A stretch of 64,000 nucleotides of DNA from Bispira polyomma (lineage: Eukaryota): NCBI GenBank assembly GCA_965649765.1, contig OZ287749.1, positions 39,928,001 to 39,992,000 of the forward strand, written 5' to 3'. The position numbers were made by a program, and so were the translations under genes. Below, piece after piece: positions 13,283 to 25,200 of the stretch. Within the stretch, counting starts at the first letter, position 1, and each line of letters begins with the position of its first letter. The notes beneath the pieces were generated by a model. It saw only the letters and a program-made list of their open reading frames with translations. It did not search any database and was not told the origin of the DNA.

Positions 13283-16200
13283 CTGTGTTGGGGTGTATAA
13301 ACAGAAATAGCTTCTATTATGTATGTCAATGATATAATTTAAGAGATCTGGTACAAATACCTACAGCAGTAATTGCTATCAGGCACTGAAGTGTTAGGAC
13401 AAAAACAAAACAAGGTTGATATATTTTGGATACAATTTTACTACGGCCTGGAGATTAAACTTACTTTTGTATTGTTCACTGTAGTTTACACTACTCCAGA
13501 AACTGCTTTAGACTTAAAAACAGTGGCAGTGCAATTATATACATTTGTTTATTTTATTGTTGGGAAATGTAATGCATAAACATGTACCTGTAAAATCAAG
13601 AGCCACCTGATTTCGCAAGTCTGTGTTTTTCTGTATTTCTTTGGAATATGCATGTCCAATTTGAAAGAGTTTGATAACTTTGAAAGGTAAGATTTATTCA
13701 ATTACACTCAGACTTAAATGTTGGGTGAGAATGTGAGTAAAGCCTATTGTACTACACCATAATTAGATCGACGATTGCCGAGGTTGCATAATTAGTTTTA
13801 AGATGGTTATCAATAATTCAGGAGTTTTCTCTTCAGTTTCTGGTGAAATGTAAATATACTTGTGAGTTTTCTTTCCATACCACAGAAAACCATTTTCATT
13901 GTCTGTATAACACTGTCACACCCACACAAATCTGTAGAGTTGGTCCTCAGGTGAAATACCTCACAACCTTTTTAAAATTAACTTAAGCAGGATGGCGACA
14001 AAGGTCTATCTCCTTATTGGGCTATAAATATTGCACATGGCATTAGTGAACGTTTCCATGCAGGAAACTTTTTGAGGCGACCAGCCGACGAATATAACAG
14101 GCAATTTTTAATTTTTATGTTTCTACACAATATTTGAGAAAAATAGATACCTGTATTTAAACCTGAATATCTTAGCCATTTCTCAACCGATTTTGATGCA
14201 ACAAAAAGCACAATATACCCGATAAAATAAGCTTTCTCACCATATTTTCATTAAATTTATACCTTCAGTAATGTTTGAGTTATTTAAAAAAAACGGCATG
14301 TTTACAAGGCGACTGGCCATTCCAGGCGATTTTTTTTCGCTCCTAGTACCGAAAAAATCGCCTGGCATTGCCTGTCGCCTATCGGCTTTGCTCAAATGGA
14401 AACACTTTGTTTTAAATCAATAAAACTGATAGAATCGCCGTCGGCCGTCGCCTGATCGCCTTAAAAAGTTGCCTGCATGGAAACGCTCACTTAGTAGCGA
14501 TGTAACTGTACTCTGCAGTGAAATTAATTTGAAACTTCCTGTCTCTTTATTTTGATTTCAGTCAAAAGGAATAAGGCTACTGAAAAAAATCCTCTATTGT
14601 GTAAGATGCATCTTCCATGATTAGTTTTATTTTGTTGTTATGGTTAACAATAGGAAGAATGGAGATTAAAATATCTGCAGGAAACAAAGGTAATTAGTTC
14701 TAAACCACAGATAAATTGTGCTATGAAAAGTGAGCAGTTGAAAGCCTCCTCAAAATCTACTTATAGAAAGTGTTTGTTTCTAAGAAAAGAGTAACAAAAT
14801 AAAGGACTTATGTAGGCAGGAAGCTTGATATGTTGAGCTTTGTTTGTAGAGATAGATAACTTTTTATAATTGACAAGCACTATGATCCATTCAAGTAGAA
14901 CAACAGAACATTACTACTGGGTGAATAAATAGAAGTTCTAAAAGTGACTTTACCAGATGCAACAAATTAAAACAGGGAAGTCATACAAAGTCTCAGTCAA
15001 GGTAGCAGACAAAATAAGCAGTTTAAATTTGAGAAGGATAGATTATTTAATAAGGAGTAGGTTCAAGGTTTGTATGTATTGATTACAATAGGTTCTCTGG
15101 AAGTAGAGTTTACACAGAAGTTGACTTTATTAACAACATACATTAATGAGTTGCAATAATTCAATCCACTGCTGACGAGTCTTAATCCACCACAACTGCA
15201 TATAGAAATCTGATGTCCTGACTATGCTGTTAGATTTATTTTGTTTTCTTTAAAAATAGATTAAATGCTAGTTGACAAAAGTATTATTAACACAATACCA
15301 AACAATACAGAAATTATAGAATGTTATATGATCAATTGTGTTTAACGCTTAAGAGAGGTCTACAAATGTCATACAAATGTTATCACGTCTCTTCTCTGCA
15401 TCATAGAACGAAATGTAGACCTGAAGAAAATCACTTAGAAATACATTTTTTCATACAAAGACTAGATTTCAGTATATTTTAATATTACATTTGATCAAAC
15501 ACGGTGATATAATTATATTGTTACAGACAAATATTGTAATACAAGGTTTTACCTTTAAGATACATGCAGGTAAAGGTCTGTTGGAACCCTTGGAAAAGTT
15601 GACCACAACTGTTGATAAAATAATTGCCAGCACAATGGAGACTATGTTGAAGCAGTAGTATACACCTACAATGGTATTCATTCAATGATCAGTCACATGC
15701 ATAAAATATTTGAACACTAGTAGATGCGAATTAAGCTGTAAGTAAAAAATAATAATATTAACTTTGGAATATTAATTTTACAGACCCTAATTCTTAGTAA
15801 AGATATACTAAATTAAATCAGTAATTTGAAACACAGACTGAGAATACAAGTCGAAATTTGGTCAACACATTTTGTAAACAAAAACTGAAAACATAAGCCA
15901 AAATTAAATAAATAAATAGTAATCATATCATATAATGGTTAAAAACAACAATCATGAAAACAATACATAGAAATTGTATTCTTTACATAACTGTATATAG
16001 AGCCAAGGTTATATTTAGCCATGGGCGGTTCTAAAGGTTCTTCAAATACATAATCAAGCTCAAACCCAAGCTCACTATATGTTTACACTGTCTTACGAAA
16101 GCTACTAAAGAATATACTCAGTTGTAAAAGTTTTTTTCTGTGTACATTACTGTGTGTATAAGACCATACTTACCCAGTAGAGGTACAGTAGCTGTTGTAG

Positions 16201-19200
16201 GAGGTGCAGCTTCCACTAGAATTAAGAGGAGCACCATGAAACTCCCAAATGTATTCATAGCTACAGCACAGTGTACAAAACAAAATAATTTTTAACATTT
16301 ATCAAAATTTTATAGTTATTAAAAGAGGAAAATAAAAAGAATATTTCTTAATTACTTCAGTTCAAAATGTTTTCAGGCTTTTTTTACCATTAATGTTTTC
16401 TGACACCTTTTTGCACTTTTATTATATTGCGATAAAAAAGAAGAAGCTATATTCACATAGGAAACTTTACATTTAGCCCCCTTGTTTCTATTACAGCTAA
16501 AACAGTCAGATTTTTGGTGTGGCCAAAATTATGTTCTGCTAAATTTTTTAAAGTTAATATTATTATTATTATTAATTTATAACGTGCTTATTGATGCTAT
16601 TGTTTTTTATGCTATTTTTATGTGGGAGGTCTTAATTGGTAATATTTAACGGAAAGGTTTTGACTTTGATAAAACATAGAGTGCATTTATCACACTGTGA
16701 TAATAGGTTTTGACTGAGGTAAAAAGTGCCCATTTGGCTGTACTTTTAATCTCAGCATAATAAACCGCTAAATGTGCCTTTCATGTTCTGTTGCTCTTTC
16801 AATTTAAAACTTAATTTTTTTTTGATTTGCAGCAATATTTTTCTGTAATTCAAGCCTTTTGATTACTTTTGGCATTTTTGTCTTTCATGTTCTTACGTTT
16901 TTTTCGAACTGCTTCTGAAGAGTATTAACATTCGAGTAATGACTTTAGAACTTCTCTACACCTCAGCTACTTTACAGAAATGGTATTTTGAAAACATAAA
17001 AAGCCACGATTTTATGCTATATTTCGAGAGACATACCATATAAACATCTGTTTTTGAAAAGACTTCACCCATTTTGCTATACAAGCTCTGTGTCATCAGC
17101 ATAGTAGGGTACTTAACAGATTTATACGAGTTAATGTGCGACATATGTAGTGTATATAACTAAAAAAGAATTAAGGCCAATTTTGGCCTGGAATCAAACC
17201 CAGAAATAAGAAATAACCATTTTAATTTTCCCAATCAAACTTTAATCTAAGGTGAAAAGATCGTCATTCAAGAGGTGTTCCATGGTTAATAGTGCTAAAT
17301 TACCCTAATTTTTTATTTATAATAGCGCAGTATCTGTTCAATGCCCACACTTGTAAGCAGACTGCTATTGGTAATCTACACCATTGCTTTCTAATTGTAC
17401 CTTGATCTATTCTGCAATTACCTTTCCCCCAAATTTTCTAACAAATAACTTAATCCTGACATTCGTCCATAGTATTTAAGGTAATCCTTATGGAATGGTT
17501 AGATGTATATTAACTCAGCTACACTCTTTGCCAATGAATTTGTTCTATCAGGCCTGTCACAACTTACCTAGTGAGGTCCTAATAGGCCTCTAAAGTGGTA
17601 ACCTTCCAGGTAATGTCCAATCAGTTACCAAGCGATGTTGTATCAGGTTTGTCCTAATGTACCTAGTAAGGTTCTGTCCGGCCTGTGATAACTTACCTAG
17701 TAAGGTTCTGTCCGGCCTGTGATAACTTACCTAGTAAGGTTCTGTCCGGCCTGTCATAACTTACCTAGTGAGGTTCTATCTTGCCTGTGATAACTTACCT
17801 AGTGAGGTTCTGTCAGGCCTGTGATAACTTACCTAGTGAGGTTCTGTCCGGCCTGTCATAACTTACCTAGTGAGGTTCTGTCAGGCCTGTCAAAACTTAC
17901 CTAGTGAGGTTCTGTCAGGCCTGTCATAACTTACCTAGTGAGGTTCTATCTTGCCTATGATAACTCACCTAGTGAGGTTCTGTCAGGCCTGTCATAACTT
18001 ACCTAGTGAGGTTCTGTCAGGCCTGTGATAACTTACCTAGTGAGGTTCTGTCCGGCCTGTGATAACTTACCTAGTGAGGTTCTGTCAGGCCTGTCATTAC
18101 CTACCTAGTAAGGTTCTGTCCGGCCTGTCATTACCTACCTAGTGAGGTTCTGTCCGGCCTATGATAACTTACCTAGTAAGGTTCTGTCCGGCCTGTGATA
18201 ACTTACCTAGTGAGGTTCTGTCAGGCCTGTCATAACTTACCTAGTGAGGTTCTGTCCGGCCTGTCATAACTTACCTAGTGAGGTTCTGTCCGGCCTGTCA
18301 TAACTTACCTAGTGAGGTTCTGTCAGGCCTGTGATAACTTACCTAGTAAGGTTCTGTCAGGCCTGTGATAACTCACCTAGTGAGGTTCTGTCAGGCCTGT
18401 GATAACTTACCTAGTGAGGTTCTGTCCGGCCTGTCATAACTTACCTAGTAAGGTTCTGTCAGGCCTGTCATAACTTACCTAGTGAGGTTCTATCAGGCCT
18501 GTGATAACTTACCTAGTAAGGTTCTATCTTGCCTGTGATAACTTACCTAGTGAGGTTCTGTCAGGCCTGTGATAACTTACCTAGTGAGGTTCTGTCCGGC
18601 CTGTCATAACTTACCTAGTGAGGTTCTGTCAGGCCTGTCAAAACTTACCTAGTGAGGTTCTGTCAGGCCTGTCATAACTTACCTAGTGAGGTTCTATCTT
18701 GCCTATGATAACTCACCTAGTGAGGTTCTGTCAGGCCTGTCATAACTTACCTAGTGAGGTTCTGTCAGGCCTGTGATAACTTACCTAGTGAGGTTCTGTC
18801 CAGCCTGTGATAACTTACCTAGTAAGGTTCTGTCCGGCCTGTCATTACTTACCTAGTGAGGTTCTGTCCGGCCTATGATAACTTACCTAGTAAGGTTCTG
18901 TCCGGCCTGTGATAACTTACCTAGTAAGGTTCTGTCCGGCCTGTGATAACTTACCTAGTGAGGTTCTGTCAGGCCTGTGATAACTTACCTAGTAAGGTTC
19001 TGTCCGGCCTGTGATAACTTACCTAGTGAGGTTCTGTCCGGCCTGTCATAACTTACCTAGTAAGGTTCTGTCCGGCCTGTGATAACTCACCCAGTGAGGT
19101 TCTGTCCGGCCTGTGAGGTGGTAACCAGAAGACAGCTACAGTCAGACAGGAGAGGAATACACATGGCAGTGTGAGGATGTAGGTAGAGAAGACAACCTTT

Positions 19201-22200
19201 CTGTCCAGTATGAGCTCATATACAATGACAGTGACGTGACGTGGGGAGTTACTGGGCTCATACATTGTCTTGGCTGAAGTGTTCACTATGGTCCAGGCAC
19301 TGGCCTCCTTAAAGTCCTCACCCCAGTTACTCAGGTCAAAGCTTCCTGGAGTACAAATACAATGGTCAAACACCAATACAATGGGATTACATGCCCAGAT
19401 AGCATTAAATCTTACATACAATCCAATGTTTGCTAAGTACTGGTATCTGACATGAGCTAAGACAGATAGATAATAAGACCTTACTAACACAGAATGGTAA
19501 GAACTGGGGGTGTAGTAGTTGTCGTCAGTACTGGTACTGTATGTGACAGTACTTACAGAAAAGGAAAAGCTCATCAGTGCAAGAATCAAACAGTTACTGC
19601 ACTGAGTATATATATGTCACAGGCCAAATTAAAATCCAGGCGGATTTGAACTCCGCCTAGGCGAGATTAAAATTCTAATCTCGCCTAGGCGGAATCAAAA
19701 TTGTAATCTTGCCTAGGCGGATTTAAAATCCGCCTAGACCAAATTAAAATTTTGATTTCGCCTAAGCGGAATTAAAATTTCCAAGTTTGTCTAATAGAAT
19801 TTTAATCTCGCCTAGGCGGATTTATAATCTGCCTAGACCAAATTGAAATTTTGATTTCGCCTAGGCAGATTTTAAATCCGCCTAGGCGATATTAAAATAG
19901 GGGGAATTAAAATTTCAGATTGGGGGAAATTTCAATTATTTCATTTTTGTATGCAGTAAAAGTATGGATAACAGCCTTAAAATTGAACTCATTTTATTTC
20001 TTAATAAAGCACTTTGCATTCATGGTTTAAAACATTAATTCATACATGGAATATAGTAATTACATTAATTATTAACAACATTTCTGTATAAAGCACTTTT
20101 CATTCATGGTTTAAAACATTAATTCAGACACTACCAAGTGCTACCAATTCATTCCTGGGCACATATAAAAGAGCAGTGCACCAAGAAAGTCTTTGGGGAT
20201 TACCACTGTGAAGTTTTTGAAAAGGCATAAATGATTATATATTTAACCCTTTGGGAGGCATGTGATTTTTCACTGCAAATATCAATTGCAATTACAGTGT
20301 TTTACATTCTATCAGGGCAGTGAAGAAATCAGGGGAAGTACTGAGACAAAGACAATTGCTAAACCAATTAATGACAATAAACAGTAGGTGGTCATATAGG
20401 TAAGACAAATAATAGACAGACAAACAATAGACATAATATAAATGTTATTATTTAAATTATTTCAGTAATCCTTATATGTTGTATACTTCAGTACTTTACC
20501 AATAAATACAATTCCAAACCTTTTGACACCCAAAAAGTACCCCTAATAAGGCTATATTACACTGATAATACACTAATATTACATATTAAGCTAGTAAAAA
20601 ACATTGGATTTTAATGTAGTGTAGGGTAAACAAAACCAAAAAATTATTGGTGTGGTCAAGTTTAAATTTTACCCAGGCATACAGCCTTTTAATTAATGCA
20701 GTTACTATAATATTCCATGTATGAATTAATGCTTTGAACCATGAATGGAAAATGCTTTAAAAAGAAATAAAATAAGTTCAATTTTAAGGTTGTTATCCAT
20801 ACTTTTATTGCATACATAAATGAAATAATTAAAATTTGCCTCAATCTAAAATTTTAATTTCCCCTATTTTAATCTCGCCTAGGCGGATTTTAAATCCACC
20901 TAGGCGATTTTAAATCCGCCTAGGTGAGATTAAAATTCTAAAAGACAAACTTGAGAATTTTAATTCCGCCTAGGCGAAATCAAAATTTTAATTTGGTCTA
21001 GGTGGATTTAAAATTCGCCTAGGCGAGATTAAAATTTTGATTAAAAAATCCGCCTGGATTTTAATTTGGCCTGTGACATATATATATTAATTTTTAATTA
21101 GATTTTAATTTGGCCTGTGACATATATATATATATAGTAATTAATACAGTGGAGCCTCCACTTGGCAAATATTTTTGGAGAAAAAAACTTTGAGTAAATG
21201 TAAATTTGAGCCAGTATAAATGTGTTTAGGCTAACTTCTGATATTACAGGTTCAACTGTGTTAGTATTAACTTATGGTAATATATTTGTAAGCATGTATT
21301 ATTTTCTACTGCATATTTAACTAATTGTATTTTTACACCATCCTCCAATTATAAAAGGTGAATTTTAAAATATTAACGGTGCATACACACTCTTGCAGTT
21401 TAAGTTTGGTCTGCAAATCAACTCAACTTTATGAGTTTATCTAAAAGGTCTCTGCCCTTTCCCTCATTATATACCAGGTAATGTTTAAAGATATCACGAA
21501 TTTAATTTCAATATGATACAACTGAACAAAAAACTAACATATCTTAAGGTATCAAAGAGATTCAACCCTCTCAATTAGGGCACATGGTTTTTTTCTTAGA
21601 CTTTACAGAGTCAGATGTCAATTAATTGACTCTATAATAAGACAGATAAAGCAGACGAATTAGAGTATGTGCAGGAAAATAATAAAAGAATCTTTCTTCT
21701 AAATGATTTGTTACAGTGGTCAATACAGAGTAAAAATATTAACAGTACCTAGGCAGTATCAGTTTACTAAGTGTTTTCTGGTACAATAAATAAAACTATT
21801 AACATGTAACCTATTCAACAGAACAAAAAAAAAAAACAATTGCTCTCGGTCTCACGTTCGATTTCAAATCTAAAAATACCTATAAGAACATCAAGCATTC
21901 ATATCTGGATCAAGGCAAATCAGAAATATTTTAAATGGACAAGCTCTGAACAACTATTTGCATGTATAAAATGTGGTATACAGACATATACGGGCCTGCT
22001 TCAGTGTATTGTAATGCATAAGATAAGAATATCAACCAGTGGTCTACTTTAAATTTAACTTCTAGCTGTTTTCATTTGTCAGTGATTTGTTATCGATCTT
22101 GTGATTGATCGGTGACCCATGTCAAATTTACTTTTGGGGTTGGATCAGCAAGTGAGTTATTTAAATCCGTGTGATTTATGGGCGGCCCACTTTTAATCTA

Positions 22201-25200
22201 TATCTAATTCTGATTGGCCAGTTAGTTGTTTCAATCCTTGTGATTGGTCGGTGACCCACATGTAATTTATATTTAATTTTGATTAGCCATTGAGTTGTTT
22301 CCATCTCTGTGATTGGTCAGTGACCCACCTCTAATGCCTATGTCCAGTTCAGTGGTGTTGTAGAGCCAGGAACCCATGAGTAGCTGACACTTCTGTCTGT
22401 CAAAGGGGAAGTTGGTGAGGTTGAGAGCACAGGACACACTGTAGAGGACCAGTGTGTAGTGGATGACCTGGCCCGTGTATCTCACTGTGGCAGAGGTATC
22501 CCTGCTTGTCTTCTGGACATTGCCTCTGTAAGCATATGCACACGTGCACACGTGCACAAAAGTTTAGGCCTCTGTAAGTATATGGACATGTGTACAAATG
22601 CTCAGGCCTCTGTAAGTATATGGACATGTGTACGAATGTTTGGGCCTCTGTAAGTGTATGGACATGTGTACAAAGGCCTCTAAAAGTATATGGACATGTG
22701 TACGAATGTTTGGGCCTCTGTAAGTATATGGACATGTGTACAAATGTTTGAGCCTCTGTGAGTATATGCACATGTGTACAAATGTTTGAGCCTTTGTAAG
22801 TATATGCACATGTGCACAAAGGTTTGGGCCTCTAAGTATATGGACATGTGTACAAATGTTTGGGCCTCTGTAAGTGTATGGACACGTGTACAAATGTTTG
22901 GGCCTCTAAGTATATGGACATGTGTACAAAGGCTTGAGCCTCTGTAAGTATATGGACATGTGTACAAATGTTTGGGCCTCTAAGTATATGGACGTGTGCA
23001 CAAATGTTTGGGCCTCTAAGTATATGGACATGTGTACAAATGTTTGGGCCTCTGTAAGTATATGGACATGTGTACAAATGTTCGGGCCTCTGTGAGTATA
23101 TGGACATGTGTACAAAGGTAGGGGTAATATATAAGGGCTGGTGATTCATAAGCAAAATCAGCATTTTTTTGAGTGTGCATTGCATAACATGTCATGCCTG
23201 TGCTTTTATCGAAAGTATCTTTTAAAATATGGTTATTGTAAAAACTGAAGTTAAAGCCTGTATTGGTGATTTATCCAACTTGTTACAATTAATTAAGTTA
23301 AAGGAATTCTTCTGGTATCCACAAGATCGTGCCTTTATTTGTTGCTGACAAGACAAGAGCACTCAAAATGCAGATTTGGCGTATTTTGCCATGGTGTGTA
23401 TTTGTAAACTAATACCGCCATTTTGCACAATGTTTTCTGTGTCCCATATCTACATAGATCACATCAAAGCCCATCCAATGGTAAAACCAGATACTATTTA
23501 AACCTATTGTTATCAGCTGAAGGTGTAAATTAGTTGGTTTTGAAATTTGAAAGTCTTTGGTCATATTTGTGACGGTCAGATTTATTGGAGACCACTAACC
23601 TAAGGTACAAGTACTGGGCACACTTTCCCACATAAAGGAAGTAGACTTCTGCACTGTTCTCAGAGCTGATAGGTGGGGATATTAAAACAGGTGATTCTGA
23701 CCACCATGGCCCCAATTATCAGCTGGTGAACTGAAGATGGTACCTTTGTCCAAAAAAAGCTGTTGTGTTTTGTGAGTTTACGTTTGTGTAGCGGGCAGCT
23801 TGTATTAGTCTAATAATATTAACATTTGTTGTAGAACTACAACAAATCATTATAAAAACCTCCATGTTAACAATGTTTTCTCATGTCTTGTATTACTATG
23901 CTGTCAATTAAAATTTGATTAGTGCTATCGCGAAGTGGTACAATGGTAGTGAATTCATTTGGTATTGCAAAGTATAATATATAGTACCTACCCATTGAAA
24001 CAACTAAAACAAAGATCTAGCCAACATGTGTATAAACATGGCCATTTGAAAAAAATCCACGATTGGCAGAATTTTGAGCAGTTAAACACATTTTTGAGGA
24101 AATCGCCTACTTTCTTTGCCCATGGGAAAATTCCCAAATTGCATATGGTTGTTTTATCCTTAATACAGAGTGATGAAGACATGCCAAACCTCTATAATTA
24201 CTTGACATGTGTGGAATATAGCTTCTAGAAAAAGGTGGAGACTGCTACAAGTAAGAATACTTTCTACTTTTTGTCCCTTAATTTTCTACTTTTATATGAT
24301 ATTTTTGTTCAGTAACAGCGTAATCTCAGTGGGCGAGTATTTTAAGGTGCATGAAAAAAGACATCCTGCAAAGGTGCATCAAAACAACACCATGGAAAGG
24401 AGCATTTTAATGTCCTCTATTACTGCACTGTTAATTATATTGGTAACGTGGAGGTTGTCAGAATGGCAGTAGTTATTTGGGGTAACAAATGTTGGTAAGT
24501 GTTTTTAGAAGTATACCACTTTCGAGCTATACAAGGGAGCATGAATAAGACACCTTGTAAAAGTTCTTTAAATAAGACACCTTGCAAAGGAGCATAAAAT
24601 AAAATACCCTGCAAAAGTGCATGAAATAAGACACCTTGCAAAGAAGCATGAAATGAGACATCTTGTAAAGGAGCATAAAAGAAGAAAAAGACCCCCGACA
24701 CACACATGAGAGGGAAACGGGAATAGATATTTATGGTTACCGGCAAATTTAAATTATAAACAGGTTATATTTTCTCCGTAAATTTAGAGTGAGTCTTCTT
24801 TTCGTGTTTTTTTTTCCAGTTTGTCCTTATTCCCAGATTCATATTTTACTTAGTGCCTCAAGAAAACAAGACACGATTTTTTTAATCAGTACAAAACTTC
24901 CAAGTGAGCCCTGGTAAAGAAGGGCCTTGTGACAGTTTCACTAATTTGTAAGTTGTACCAGTAATCCTGTCATTCTATTCCAGCTGTTGTCCCTAAGTTA
25001 TATATCCACCCTAGGACAATAAAATTAAACCCCTTGTGAGAATTAATTCAGGGCATATAAAGACATCGCAGAAATGGGTTATTTTTTTTCTGGTATTTAA
25101 CTGTTTACCAGTAACTACACTTTGTTTGACATTTTTTTTATTAGTTAATACTCAACTTTTTTCTATTTCTTGAAGAAAATAATGTATGTGTGGAAACCCA

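Noticed and set aside
17660-19090. 14-nt GT...AG segments in each unit acting as tiny introns to splice 20-nt micro-exons
   Set aside because: Far below known metazoan minimal intron size, and the residual 20 nt is not frame-preserving.
17660-19116. CRISPR-like array of about 34-bp repeats
   Set aside because: Units are head-to-tail with no unique spacers, derive from an exon/intron junction, and the context is eukaryotic with no cas genes.
19346-19589. In-frame upstream extension of exon 5 with a signal-peptide-like start
   Set aside because: A canonical phase-matched acceptor lies at 19347-19346, the extension has no receptor similarity, and the ORF track starts it at TTG; most likely a chance open frame in the intron.
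22400-23185. Overlapping ORFs with Cys/His-rich repeats (CTHVHIL, YTCPYTY)
   Set aside because: These are translation artefacts of the 36/38-bp minisatellite in several frames.
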